From positions 1 to 64,000 of the IMG/VR virus record IMGVR_UViG_3300033067_002020: a stretch of DNA of 64,000 bases; one strand, given 5' to 3'. This stretch comes from a virus (taxonomy: Duplodnaviria; Caudoviricetes). Both the position numbers and the translations under genes were made by a program. Of the stretch, positions 33,956 through 44,820 are shown one piece after another. Below the pieces are notes generated by a model that ran no database searches, was not told where the DNA came from, and saw only the letters and a program-made list of their open reading frames with translations. Numbering within the stretch: the first letter of the stretch is position 1; every line of letters starts with the position of its first letter.

Positions 33956-36900
33956 TTAGTAACGCACACAAGTTCCCACAATTTGTTGAACTAGCAAAGT
34001 GTCTCTTTGATGATGTCTGTCACTTTCAACTAAGTAAATGTCAGAATAATTGTGTTCAAATTTCGGTCTTTCTAACATATGTGATTCAATCACAAAGTTT
34101 GTTCCATAAAACTTTGTCTTGCGTGGAATCAATTGTTCGATAAACCCGCCTATAGAAGTATCAAACCATCTAAAAAAGTCAAAAAACGATTTTATGTTGA
34201 TTTTATCAGTAAGACGTTTGAAATAAATTTCACGTAACGTTTCTAACGTTGGATAATCTTGAGAAAACACAAGTTCTGGATTTCCCAATGCATTTTCTAA
34301 TGAATCTAGAGTTGAAAATATCAATATGATATCTCTGTTTAACGCATCAATTATTGAAAATTCAATTGCAAATCTAGTATCATCCGTTGGCGCTTCACTA
34401 GGTCTAATTTGATAGACAGGTGCTATTTCAGCCCATGGTGTGTCTTTTGCCAATTCATAATCTTGAAAGCTACGAATACGAACTTTTTCATTTGTAGCTG
34501 CTTCATCAAATACTGGTGATATTGAATTTTGTGAAAATGATGAATTTTTAAAGACGTTTGTGTTTGAGACGAAACTTCCAGAAAAATGACAATTATTTTG
34601 AGAAAAATCAAATATTTTCAAAAATCCATTTGAATCAGTGATTAATTCTTGTTGATCCATTGACAGATCACATCTCAATCTTTCCCATGAACCAGATCTG
34701 ACAGTTTCAAAATTGAAATTCTTTGTCGGATCGTTGACACCGAGTGATTGAAAGTTTCGAATGTGTTCTTTGATTTCTGTTATTGAAAGATCTTTTGTCC
34801 AAAATCTCACCTTTGAAACTTGACCATTGAAATTTGTTGTTCTAGAAGTCAATGATGTATTTGCAGAATTCAAAAACGAGCCAGTAGAGATTGAAAGTGA
34901 TGAGCTACCAATTTTAAGTGTTGGTCCAAAAACGTTATCATTTGTAACATTTTGTAAGACGTTATGAGAAACGTCAACATTACCTGTTTCATTCCAAAAA
35001 GATTGAACAGACGTTATGTTTGTGATCTCTCCTGCTTGTTGGTTTCCAACTGTCAAAAAATATGAAGATGAAACAGCTGAATTTATTGCATCGTTTCTGG
35101 TCCTACCAACTATGACATTCCAAGGCTTACCATCAAAAACGTCAACTGAATCAATGCTTAATTCTAGTGGAGAAACGTTTGGTTGATTACAAACACCAAA
35201 GTATGCTTTGATTCCAACTGAAGAACCTGTTGTGGCAACAACATTCATAACAAGATTGTCAACGTTATTTGAATTTTTGACAAACATCTGAACAAGACTT
35301 TGTGTCAAACCTGACAATTGCCTACCCACTGGAAATCTGTAAATCGCTTCGTACGTCCAAGAACCACTAGTGTAGAGACCGTCCGAACGGTTGTTAGAAA
35401 TTCCATGATAATTTGTGGATATTCCCTTATTGAATTGCCCAGAAGGCGCAGGAAAGCCCACCTCGGCCCTTGATGAGCTCAAATATGGTGAAGTTAGTTT
35501 TCCATTTCCAACAAAGTCAAGAAACCGTCCTGAAACAAGTCTTGATTCTCGAGCATGTTCAAGTTGACGTTTTGTTGGACCGCCAAATTCTCTGATACGA
35601 AAACTATTGTCTGGATCAATACCAACAGTTCTCATGAATGCTTTTACGCTATGTTGTGTTCCTTTAGATTTCACAATTTCAGTTATGTTTGTCAACACTC
35701 GTCTCATAATTTGATTTTGAACAAATTGTAAAGACTGTTCGTCAGAACTAATCACAGGTTGAATGTTTTCACCATCAATATATTGTTCAATTGATGAATC
35801 TAAGAAAAATGGAGGAGCATCAAATCCAAATTGTTTCATCAAAACAGGCAAAAAATGATCTGGAATTGATTTCTTTGCGTTGTAATCAACGAAATTCAAA
35901 TCACTAAAAGCATCAATGTAAAGTTTTAGTTCATCAAAAAATTTTGCCCAAACATACAAGAACGATAACATCAATTGTGTTGTTCCGAGTTTTCCATCTT
36001 CAGTAATTTCCCTGTTGATGGTTCCATTATCACTGTCAAGACCTTCGTATTGACGGCCATCGACGAAATAATGTGAAGGAATCAATCTTGTTATGAGATT
36101 GGGATTTGCTTGATCATAAACTGATGCACTATGTAATAGTTTTGAGTTTAACGCATATACTTCGTCAAATCCAGGAAACAAAACAGGACATAACGATTGT
36201 TTTTCTAACGTCAGTGGATTTTCTAAAATAGTTCCACGTAATGATGGATCATATGACTGTTCAGAAATATATGAATGTAAAGAATTTCCAGAACTATCCA
36301 AAACTATGCGATTTATTGAATCGTTTTCATCTGATGAAAACCAACCATTCGGTTCATTGAACTTGTAATACAGTTTTAGTTCAGGAATAGAGTAAATAGA
36401 TTTTTTTGCAAACGTATTTATCTGTTCAATCGTTCTTGCTTTATGAAAAAACCTAAATTCATCAAGAGCTCCAGATAACGTTTGTGTTGGTGTGAGTGTT
36501 GATCCGTTGACAGTAAGTTGACTGCCACTTCCAATGTAGAAAGTAGTTGCCTCAATTCCCAATAGACCGAAATTTATCGATTTTTCAGTCTCTGACAGAA
36601 CGTTTCCATTAACAATGATTGATGACTTGTTTTTTGCATTTTTCTTATCATGAACCAAACACACATGATTGAACTTTCCCTTGTCAAGGGTTGCTGAAGT
36701 TATTAAACTGACGCTGCCAGAGACAATTGCAAATGCTATTTCACAATTATTTACATTTGATGTTGGTTTGATAAACGATGAAAATCCATGTGTTGGATCT
36801 GATAATTTTTGACAAATAACTTGCATTGAATTTGCTTTATCAGCCAAAAACAAATGCATTTCTATAGTGAACGAACCTAACGTTGGATCCAGAACAGATT

Positions 36901-37387
36901 TTCCTGATTTGTTTTTTGACAACGTTTGAACGGGACCACCTGCATAATCAGTCACTGAAATAAACGTTCCTAACGTTCCGTTGGTATCTTCGTTAGGTTG
37001 CGTTCCAGAAAACAAAAGAAATCCAGAATTTTTTGGAAATTGATCATACACCCATTTTTCAAATCCGGTCAAACGTTCAAAAAATAGTTCGTGTTCTTTT
37101 CTTGTTCCATCAAACGGGAAATTATTGATGATTTGATCAAACACAACATTGACGTTTACTTCTGCAGAATTAAAAAACGTATGATTTTCAAATTTTGACC
37201 AATCAACATTTAGTTGTTGTGTTGATTTAAGACCAAGTGCTGGTGGATCATAAAAAAATGATGACGAGCTTTGAACGTTTGTGTCAACTCGATCTTGACC
37301 CGTCATTTGAACGAGTCGATTAGCCTCCAACAACGATTTAATGCTTTTACCTGGAACGTAGGTAGGCTTTAGCGAGTTATTGTTCAT
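33956..37387 (-). CDS. Baseplate-associated protein with two LamG-like domains, 1143 aa
   Basis: FTIEMHL...FNHVCLV...LDEFRFF...L.LYYKFNE; WTYE...W.V.V.R...VSKVRFW. Confidence 0.75.
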   Translation of the reverse strand: MNNNSLKPTYVPGKSIKSLLEANRLVQMTGQDRVDTNVQSSSSFFYDPPALGLKSTQQLNVDWSKFENHTFFNSAEVNVNVVFDQIINNFPFDGTRKEHELFFERLTGFEKWVYDQFPKNSGFLLFSGTQPNEDTNGTLGTFISVTDYAGGPVQTLSKNKSGKSVLDPTLGSFTIEMHLFLADKANSMQVICQKLSDPTHGFSSFIKPTSNVNNCEIAFAIVSGSVSLITSATLDKGKFNHVCLVHDKKNAKNKSSIIVNGNVLSETEKSINFGLLGIEATTFYIGSGSQLTVNGSTLTPTQTLSGALDEFRFFHKARTIEQINTFAKKSIYSIPELKLYYKFNEPNGWFSSDENDSINRIVLDSSGNSLHSYISEQSYDPSLRGTILENPLTLEKQSLCPVLFPGFDEVYALNSKLLHSASVYDQANPNLITRLIPSHYFVDGRQYEGLDSDNGTINREITEDGKLGTTQLMLSFLYVWAKFFDELKLYIDAFSDLNFVDYNAKKSIPDHFLPVLMKQFGFDAPPFFLDSSIEQYIDGENIQPVISSDEQSLQFVQNQIMRRVLTNITEIVKSKGTQHSVKAFMRTVGIDPDNSFRIREFGGPTKRQLEHARESRLVSGRFLDFVGNGKLTSPYLSSSRAEVGFPAPSGQFNKGISTNYHGISNNRSDGLYTSGSWTYEAIYRFPVGRQLSGLTQSLVQMFVKNSNNVDNLVMNVVATTGSSVGIKAYFGVCNQPNVSPLELSIDSVDVFDGKPWNVIVGRTRNDAINSAVSSSYFLTVGNQQAGEITNITSVQSFWNETGNVDVSHNVLQNVTNDNVFGPTLKIGSSSLSISTGSFLNSANTSLTSRTTNFNGQVSKVRFWTKDLSITEIKEHIRNFQSLGVNDPTKNFNFETVRSGSWERLRCDLSMDQQELITDSNGFLKIFDFSQNNCHFSGSFVSNTNVFKNSSFSQNSISPVFDEAATNEKVRIRSFQDYELAKDTPWAEIAPVYQIRPSEAPTDDTRFAIEFSIIDALNRDIILIFSTLDSLENALGNPELVFSQDYPTLETLREIYFKRLTDKINIKSFFDFFRWFDTSIGGFIEQLIPRKTKFYGTNFVIESHMLERPKFEHNYSDIYLVESDRHHQRDTLLVQQIVGTCVRY

Positions 37388-37409
37388 GTAATTCTAAGTA
37401 TCGATAGTA

Positions 37410-38930
37410 CTATATCTCAACGACTTTGAATATAGGAGATGCATCACGATAAATCTGACGATTGCCATTTTCAATTACGAGAATATCAATAACATATGTT
37501 CTGCCAGGAACTAACGATTCGCACCATAGGTTAAAATACATTGTTTTTTGATTGTTTGACAACTTTGTAGAATTGTATAACTCATCAAAAGGTATTACTG
37601 TTTTGTTTGTTATTGCATCTCTTACTGAGTAATAAACATTTTCTAATATTACACTCGGTGTTTCAAATGGTGTTTTTGACATCTTGACATATGCTTGCGA
37701 ATTGTCAAAAATGTAAACATTCAATTTTGCAACATCAGTGTTCAGGTATTCGCTAAACAAGTTTGTTATGTTAACAAAATATTGTTTTGAATATGATGCA
37801 ACGTTTGTTGGATAGACAGTTAGCGACCCACTTTGATACGATACAGTTCCATCAAATGACGACCAGATTTTATCAAATTTTACCGATCCAGATTGGATCA
37901 ACTTTGTTGAATAAAATTGATCTGTTGAATCAAGCGTAAATTTTGCAAAATAAGTGCCAGTGACGTATTGATTTCCGATCTTATATTGTGATGCAGTGAC
38001 GTAATTTTCGTAATTAATAAATCCAGCTGACGTTGAAACTGGCGTCACTAACTTAAGCAACATACAATTGTCACCCATAATTTCAGTGCGAGCGCTACCA
38101 GATAAGACGTTAGTGAGATTACCTCTGACGGAATTATGCATGAATATCGAACCAGGATAGTCAAAAACAAAGTTCAAATCATTGCTTGTGATTGCGTCAT
38201 CATATCGAACAATTAATTTCGGTCTAGAATATGGATCGCTTGCTTGACTTGACCCGAATCGTTTTACAAAACGTGTTTTTTGATCTTGTTCTTGCGATTC
38301 AGTGAAGGACACCCTAAAACCGTTATCTGGTAAAATTCCACACAAAGTTGATGATACAATATGTGTTACATTCACATCTAAATTTTCTGTGCCATTCTTG
38401 AAGCTTTGAATGGCATTAAAATTGAGTCCATTTCCATTAGACGTAACTACGTCTATGTTAGAACTACCTAAAACTCCCTTTGAATTTGCGCCGCTTGCAA
38501 ACCATAAATTTGTTTCACCAGCGGCGTACGATCTTGTCAAAAAATTTGCGTTATCTGTGTCTTGATAAAACACGACATCTTGTCCAATACCTTCATCCCA
38601 TGATGATGACAATGGTAACACTTCAATTGAAAAATCAGTTGGTGTTGTTTGACCGCCAAAGACATCAATTAGGTTTAAAGACACATTAAAGTTTTCATCA
38701 TTTATGTCAATGATCCCATTTCTAAAATCATCTTTTAACGATGTCAAATCAAATTTTATTAAAATTCTTGACAACTCATTGTTTGGATTGCTTCCAGAAG
38801 AAGTCACACCATATAATTTAAACAAATCTAGCGTACCAGCTTGTCCAACGTTTGCATTATAAGTTCTTTTTTTTCGAATCACTCTATCGGTGATGTATGT
38901 GTCAGCGGATGTTTTTAAGATTCTGTACAT
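37410..38930 (-). CDS. Baseplate-region virion protein, 506 aa
   Basis: Next to the gp6-like gene; DTYI...SRILIKFDL pattern. Confidence 0.7.
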   Translation of the reverse strand: MYRILKTSADTYITDRVIRKKRTYNANVGQAGTLDLFKLYGVTSSGSNPNNELSRILIKFDLTSLKDDFRNGIIDINDENFNVSLNLIDVFGGQTTPTDFSIEVLPLSSSWDEGIGQDVVFYQDTDNANFLTRSYAAGETNLWFASGANSKGVLGSSNIDVVTSNGNGLNFNAIQSFKNGTENLDVNVTHIVSSTLCGILPDNGFRVSFTESQEQDQKTRFVKRFGSSQASDPYSRPKLIVRYDDAITSNDLNFVFDYPGSIFMHNSVRGNLTNVLSGSARTEIMGDNCMLLKLVTPVSTSAGFINYENYVTASQYKIGNQYVTGTYFAKFTLDSTDQFYSTKLIQSGSVKFDKIWSSFDGTVSYQSGSLTVYPTNVASYSKQYFVNITNLFSEYLNTDVAKLNVYIFDNSQAYVKMSKTPFETPSVILENVYYSVRDAITNKTVIPFDELYNSTKLSNNQKTMYFNLWCESLVPGRTYVIDILVIENGNRQIYRDASPIFKVVEI

Positions 38931-38933
38931 GTA

Positions 38934-40778
38934 TCAAACCGCTCTTCCCAAAATGTCAATGTCTGGATACCTGATTTCAAATATTCCACCAGCTTGTGGG
39001 ATCAACAACCCTTTTGTTGTCTGAGATTTTACGTCCAAGTAAACATCACTATATTGTCTATTTGCAACATTTCCAGTGACACTATCAAATTTAAAGTTAT
39101 TGACCGAAATAACACCTACAGTGTTGAATATGATGTTTGAAACATCTGACAACATGATTGGTTGATCAATTTGAAAATTCTTGATATCAAAGTACTTCTT
39201 TAGTTTTTTGATTATTTGTTGTAAAACTAATCGATTGTTCAATGTTGGATCTGCTATAATCTCAAATTGTAGTTTGAGATTTATGACAGGAGCATCAAGA
39301 ATGTCAATTGCATCAGAAATCATGCGATAGTCATTCAAAAATTTTCTCAGATTTTGCTTTAGCGCATCAGGTGCAATTACAAGTTTTGATTGCGAATCTC
39401 GACTGATTATGAACAACTGTGATGATAAAGGATTATTTGGGTTCGACCTTACACCAGCCCTGAAAACCCTTCCAAAGTTAGAAGGCATCATATAAACTCT
39501 AGAAATTAAATCACTCTTTGAAACAATTCTAGATTGTGAATTTCTAGCTGGCGCAATTTGTTCTTTCAAATCATCTATCGTAGGAGCATCGTCTCCACCA
39601 ACAGCTGGTTTGATGTTTCTTGTTTCGATTGTAGATCTAATTGCAGATGCAAGAGAAGGTTGCGGATTTGACGGAAATCGTAATTGCAACGTTTTGATTG
39701 AACGAATTGAATCTGGTTCGGCATTATGATTTAATCCACCACCATACCTGTAGTTAACTGTGAGTGTTGTGTTTGGAGCGATAACACCAAGTGTTTTTGT
39801 GTTTAATAATTGTTGTGGATTTATGCTCAATCTTGAAAACGTTGTTTTTCCATACAACGGCAACGCAAATTCACTCGGATCTGGAATTACATCATCTTCC
39901 ATCGTGTCAGCTGACCCACCACCGAATTTTAATGTAGTTGTTCTAGTGTCAAGATTTACTTTTTTTGTGAATCTATAAGGTGCTGGGATGACTTCTAAAC
40001 TTTCTTTCACAAGTTCATTATCATCGTTTAAATTAGGAACGCCTCTATACACAACATCTTGTGCAAGACTCCCAACTTCAAAGTACGTATTACCGTACGA
40101 ATCATACACTGATTGAATTTCAGTAACGTCAGGATTTGATAATGACAACTCAAGAAAAGGAACAAACGAACCTATGTTAAACGATTCTTGTGTTTGAAAT
40201 CCTGACACACACATTCCGCTTTGAACTAAAATAAACGTTTGTGGGACACCACTGTCATCAACATTTCCAACCACGACTTCGCATTTTAATTCACCATTTT
40301 GTTTTTTTTCAGTAAAATCAACTGGTTCAAGTAAAATGTATTCAATGCCAGATTCTGAAATAACGACAGTTCCATCATCAATAACACAGATCGCTTCAGA
40401 CATAGGAATCGAAACACCGTTGGTTTTTACAGCAGGTATTTCTACATAAAAAGTTTGATTTACAACAGACGGCGAGGCTCCAGTTATATCAACTCCTGAA
40501 TTTTTCAGCATTCTCTCTATGTTTAGAGTTTCGACAGCTGTTTCTGGATTTAGCTCCGTGAATTGATGATCAAGATAAAATGACATCACATCGCCAACAT
40601 ATGATGCAAAATCAAGAAACACGCCTCCTAAGCTTGCGTCTGAAAAATCGTTAATACGCTCTTTATAGAACGTTTTTGCGTATTCTAGAAGATCACCTCT
40701 AAACGCATCAAATTCTTTGTTAAGGTATTTACGATGTCGAACTGCTCGTAAAACATCTTTTTTTGTATCACTTGCCAT
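38934..40778 (-). CDS. Baseplate wedge protein (T4 gp6/baseplate J-like)
   Basis: YLNKEFD..R.DL.EYAK.FY..FSDAS.G..F.D.ASYVGDV.SFY.D.QF.E; R.V...D. Confidence 0.85.
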   Translation of the reverse strand: MASDTKKDVLRAVRHRKYLNKEFDAFRGDLLEYAKTFYKERINDFSDASLGGVFLDFASYVGDVMSFYLDHQFTELNPETAVETLNIERMLKNSGVDITGASPSVVNQTFYVEIPAVKTNGVSIPMSEAICVIDDGTVVISESGIEYILLEPVDFTEKKQNGELKCEVVVGNVDDSGVPQTFILVQSGMCVSGFQTQESFNIGSFVPFLELSLSNPDVTEIQSVYDSYGNTYFEVGSLAQDVVYRGVPNLNDDNELVKESLEVIPAPYRFTKKVNLDTRTTTLKFGGGSADTMEDDVIPDPSEFALPLYGKTTFSRLSINPQQLLNTKTLGVIAPNTTLTVNYRYGGGLNHNAEPDSIRSIKTLQLRFPSNPQPSLASAIRSTIETRNIKPAVGGDDAPTIDDLKEQIAPARNSQSRIVSKSDLISRVYMMPSNFGRVFRAGVRSNPNNPLSSQLFIISRDSQSKLVIAPDALKQNLRKFLNDYRMISDAIDILDAPVINLKLQFEIIADPTLNNRLVLQQIIKKLKKYFDIKNFQIDQPIMLSDVSNIIFNTVGVISVNNFKFDSVTGNVANRQYSDVYLDVKSQTTKGLLIPQAGGIFEIRYPDIDILGRAV

Positions 40779-40805
40779 TTGTTATCTTTTCATAAGTATG
40801 AATCG

Positions 40806-41267
40806 TTATATGATACGCAAAACAATTTCAAGTGCTTTGTTAACAACATTCAAAATTGGGATGTCGTATGTTATTTTAAATCTAACGTAATTTCCAGCAT
40901 TTTCCTGATCTAGTTGTGGTTCAAATTCGTTCAATGACACAAATGGCATCCATTTTGATACAGCTGAGTTTATTCGAACAACAGCTTCATTATCAAAATC
41001 TTCTCTGCTGGCATATTCAGTCGTAAGTTCTTTTAAATTTGCACCAAAATCATATGATCCAAGTCTTTCACCCCAATTTGTCAAAATCAAATTTCGTAAA
41101 TTATCGTGTATTTGATCTGCTAGTGAAAAATGCATGGCAAAAAGACCTTCACTGCTTTCACCAACTCGTAATGGTGTTTTAATGCCAATAGGTGTAGGTG
41201 TTTCTTTTAACGATTCTTTTTGTAGCGTTTCAATTGTCTTTCCAACGCTTTTAAACGAAATTGCCAT
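40806..41267 (-). CDS. Baseplate wedge protein (gp25/GPW-like)
   Basis: QI.DNLRNLILTN.GER...DFGANL.EL. Confidence 0.9.
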   Translation of the reverse strand: MAISFKSVGKTIETLQKESLKETPTPIGIKTPLRVGESSEGLFAMHFSLADQIHDNLRNLILTNWGERLGSYDFGANLKELTTEYASREDFDNEAVVRINSAVSKWMPFVSLNEFEPQLDQENAGNYVRFKITYDIPILNVVNKALEIVLRII

Positions 41268-41274
41268 AATTTAA

Positions 41275-42270
41275 CTATGCCAAACCAATAAGTGTAGATA
41301 CAATTTTAACCAACGCGCCGGTGCCAAGTAGTGAACCAATTATTACACACAATAACATTCCTGTCATGTTTTTGATGATAACCATCAATGATGACAACAA
41401 CAACTTTGGTACACCGACTATCATTCCTAGTTTTTCAAGTATCGACAATACCATTTTCACAATCAATTCTATGATTTTTGTAAATAAATCCATAGGATCA
41501 ATTGAAATGCTTGTTATCAATGTTATTAATTGAGGCAATAAATCAAGTGGAATCTTGAACAATCCCAATACTAAATCTGGCATGATAAAACTAGGAATTC
41601 CTGACGATGGTAACGGTGGAATTGGAATTTCTGGTATCACTATAATCGGAGGAAGAGGTATTGGTGGCGCTAACACTAATTGTATTAGATCTAAAATCTT
41701 TAGATCACTAATACCATAATCAAGAGCCAACTTGATTTTTGCTGCAGGCATTGTTGGTAATCCAGGTGCCGCAAGATTTGCTTGAATTATTATTTCAGCC
41801 AACAAAGAAGGAATGTCTGGCAATTTTATGTTAGCAAACTTTGGTTTTGATAAATCTACAAAAATTGTTGGGTCAAACACTGGTCCAAGTGATGTCTTTC
41901 CACTGACATTCAACATTCCACATAAAGGTTCATAAACCTTATCAATTATGAGTTTTTGATATTCTTTTTGTGGATCAAGAACAACAGGTGTGCTTGCTAA
42001 CGCAATAAGTGGATCTGGTTTAAACCAAAAAAAATCTTCGCCACTTGGGTTTGTTATTGAAATTGCAACTTTTGGTCCTGGAACTGGGAACACAGGAAGA
42101 GGCAACGGTGGAACCGTATGTAAAAGTCCCATTCCATTTTCGTTACCGTTTGCCATGATCGACAACACGTCAACACAAAATTTATCACGTGCTGATTTCG
42201 TTAGTTTTCCGTTTGAATCTAACAATCCAGCGCCAGCAGGCCCGAGAATTTTATCAGTTCCTACAGCCAT
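41275..42270 (-). CDS. Pro-rich, very hydrophobic protein between the spike and gp25-like genes
   Basis: Poly-P/L/I tracts; amphipathic and hydrophobic C-terminal helices. Confidence 0.75.
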   Translation of the reverse strand: MAVGTDKILGPAGAGLLDSNGKLTKSARDKFCVDVLSIMANGNENGMGLLHTVPPLPLPVFPVPGPKVAISITNPSGEDFFWFKPDPLIALASTPVVLDPQKEYQKLIIDKVYEPLCGMLNVSGKTSLGPVFDPTIFVDLSKPKFANIKLPDIPSLLAEIIIQANLAAPGLPTMPAAKIKLALDYGISDLKILDLIQLVLAPPIPLPPIIVIPEIPIPPLPSSGIPSFIMPDLVLGLFKIPLDLLPQLITLITSISIDPMDLFTKIIELIVKMVLSILEKLGMIVGVPKLLLSSLMVIIKNMTGMLLCVIIGSLLGTGALVKIVSTLIGLA

Positions 42271-43673
42271 TATTTGATCAAAACTTTTGTAGAAAACTTG
42301 CCATGAGCACTACCAGGTCCTACACCCAATATTCCACCCATTGTCGTTACTAATGGTGGCGATGTAACTTTGCCACCTGCTGAACTTGCGCCAACGTCAA
42401 GACATAATATAGCTGACGTTGCGTCTTCACCACCAAGTTTGATTACTTGAGAATCAGACGGTATAAAAACGATTTCACCGTTATCTTTGATGACAACACC
42501 CGCACACTCTGATTCAGGTGAATCGAATTTTGGTTGAACAAGAAATTTGATTGACTTTCTTGCAATTATTCTGATATGATCAACTTTTATGACACCAACA
42601 CAGTCTTCAGAACCAGATTTGTCAATTCCACTTAGATTGACATTGAAATTTTTGTCAACGTCAGATTTCATGCTTAGGTAGATACGACCAAGGTCTGTCT
42701 CGAAGTCAGGATCACCCTCAGATTTTTTTTCATCATTTAGTGATTTGCTAACTTCTTTCTTTGACAGGGAATTATCTACAACGTTCTTGGGCTTTGTTTT
42801 ATCGCCTGCACCTCGTCCAACGACAAGATCAATGGCGCCTGCTTTGCCTTTTTTGTCTTTGTTAGGTTTCCCCTTGACAGAATTACCTTTTTTGTCATTA
42901 ACAGAATAATCTGCAACTGGCCCAGTCCTGTCAGTTCCAAGAGAGATCAAGGTATTATTCGAACCTTGCATAACGTAATCACCAGGACGTTTTTTGTATC
43001 GTGGTACATCTTCCATTTCTGAAATTTTACCAGAGTCAGAATCATTTATGATTTTTTCGTATGCTTTTTCACCACCAAGAGCAGAAGCTGTTATTCCGTC
43101 AATTACTTTTCCGTCTTTTGATTTTCTTGTTGCGCCGTTATCAAATCCAGGCGTCTTACTTGAAGTTCCTTCAGCTTTTTCAATTGTGCTACTCTTTTGT
43201 TCAAGGTGGAACTTTCTATCTGCGTGTGTATGATTTACATCATCAATGTCTCTGGGTTCTGTGATTCTTGATATCCAAAACCCATACAAATTTTCTTTGT
43301 TAGGTTCATAAAATACCCACACATGCTCGCCTGCTTTGATAGGCAACATCATGTGTTGTGAAAAGAATGGGAAAAAATACTGTGGTGAATTTTCACCAGT
43401 GTCAGTACCATCAAGAACTCGTCTGCCTAAAATCGTATTAACAGGCAATTTTCTAACAAAAGACGTATCACGTAACCCGTAAGTTTTTATCAAATACTCA
43501 ATTCTTTTATCATCGTATGAAGTTGGATCGAACACAACCTCTTCAACAACAACACGTTGAAACGTTTGTGAATTGCTATGCACATCTCCAGTGATAGAAG
43601 ATCTGCTTAATACGTCTATTGCAGAACCTTCTGTTGCTGCTTTAGCTCCAAACGTTTTTGTGTATTCTGACAT
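42270..43673 (-). CDS. Baseplate hub/central spike (gp5/VgrG-like, no lysozyme domain seen)
   Basis: P.....LP.KAGEHVWV OB-fold motif; PGD.VMQG.NN..I.LG; position. Confidence 0.7.
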   Translation of the reverse strand: MSEYTKTFGAKAATEGSAIDVLSRSSITGDVHSNSQTFQRVVVEEVVFDPTSYDDKRIEYLIKTYGLRDTSFVRKLPVNTILGRRVLDGTDTGENSPQYFFPFFSQHMMLPIKAGEHVWVFYEPNKENLYGFWISRITEPRDIDDVNHTHADRKFHLEQKSSTIEKAEGTSSKTPGFDNGATRKSKDGKVIDGITASALGGEKAYEKIINDSDSGKISEMEDVPRYKKRPGDYVMQGSNNTLISLGTDRTGPVADYSVNDKKGNSVKGKPNKDKKGKAGAIDLVVGRGAGDKTKPKNVVDNSLSKKEVSKSLNDEKKSEGDPDFETDLGRIYLSMKSDVDKNFNVNLSGIDKSGSEDCVGVIKVDHIRIIARKSIKFLVQPKFDSPESECAGVVIKDNGEIVFIPSDSQVIKLGGEDATSAILCLDVGASSAGGKVTSPPLVTTMGGILGVGPGSAHGKFSTKVLIK

Positions 43674-44069
43674 TTATTTCTTTTGTATTTGCTTATAAAT
43701 TTCTTCAGTGTCCATAGGTTCATCATCGTCGTCATTTTCTAACTCTTCAGCATTCTGTATCAATTCGGCAAGACGAATAATTTGATCGTTTGCCTTTGCC
43801 ATGCATGCAATGTACTTGTTGATATTAGGACCATGAATTGCGTGTTCAGTAGAGTTAGTGATGACGGTTCCCATTAAAGCTGTCATTAAAATACTTGAGT
43901 TATTTCGATCGATAATTGCATTACTGTAAATGTCAATCCACAACCTCTTCTTTTTTTCAGACAATGTTTTGAGACCGTCCAACAAACACGAAAAATCGCG
44001 TATTTTTTGATCTGGAGTGGTGTTCTCCTCTTTGGTCAATTCATGTTCAAGGTTTGTTTTGGGCATCAT
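43674..44069 (-). CDS. Hypothetical helical protein
   Basis: Coupled to the sigma factor and spike genes. Confidence 0.75.
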   Translation of the reverse strand: MMPKTNLEHELTKEENTTPDQKIRDFSCLLDGLKTLSEKKKRLWIDIYSNAIIDRNNSSILMTALMGTVITNSTEHAIHGPNINKYIACMAKANDQIIRLAELIQNAEELENDDDDEPMDTEEIYKQIQKK

Positions 44070-44820
44070 ATCTGCTCTTGACGTAATGTTTCTTGATAAT
44101 TTGCATTGCCGCTGTCAACTGCTTTGGTGATAGACCTGTAAGCTCTCTCATATATAACAACACGGCGCTTTTATTTAGCAAATCAACTTTATCAATGTCT
44201 TTAAAAATAGATTTGATTGCGTTCATACACACTTCTTCATGTTCACCGTGAACTTTGTGATGAACTTCATATAACAAATTGCTGATGTCAGCTGTTTGAT
44301 TTAAAGTTTCTAAAATTGCTTCTTGAGATTGTAACGTTGTGTGATCTTCAATTAATTCAATATCTGATTGTGTTAGCAAATCTAAATCATCAATACTAAC
44401 ATTTCTCTTCATTCTTAATGATTTTTGTTTTGTTCTTACGATTAACCAATTTTTTGCGACAACATTGAAATATGAAAATGCTGCAGTTCCTCTAGATGCA
44501 TCGAACTTAAAAATTGTTTCAAACAAAAAATTGACGCAATCATTTTTCAAATCATCAAATGAATCAAATAATCCAGTGAACTTGTGAATATTGATTAGAT
44601 TTTCGACGAGTTTTGAAAATGCAGGTAATATTTCAGTGACATACAACGTGTCTCGTTCTTTTTTTGTTGTAGCACTTTGATACGCAACAATTGCAGCTTG
44701 CGTATTTTCATTGAAATATAGTTTTGGGCTATTGGGATTTGACCCATTTTTTCGTCGGCGTCTAATCTTAACTTTAGGCATCACTGGCGGAGGTGATTGA
44801 TCGTTTGAATTGTCACTCAT
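44047..44820 (-). CDS. Late-transcription sigma factor (T4 gp55-like)
   Basis: LYF.......I..Y, L.......KFD..RG..AFSYF..VAKN.L region-2 pattern. Confidence 0.8.
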   Translation of the reverse strand: MSDNSNDQSPPPVMPKVKIRRRRKNGSNPNSPKLYFNENTQAAIVAYQSATTKKERDTLYVTEILPAFSKLVENLINIHKFTGLFDSFDDLKNDCVNFLFETIFKFDASRGTAAFSYFNVVAKNWLIVRTKQKSLRMKRNVSIDDLDLLTQSDIELIEDHTTLQSQEAILETLNQTADISNLLYEVHHKVHGEHEEVCMNAIKSIFKDIDKVDLLNKSAVLLYMRELTGLSPKQLTAAMQIIKKHYVKSRYDAQNKP

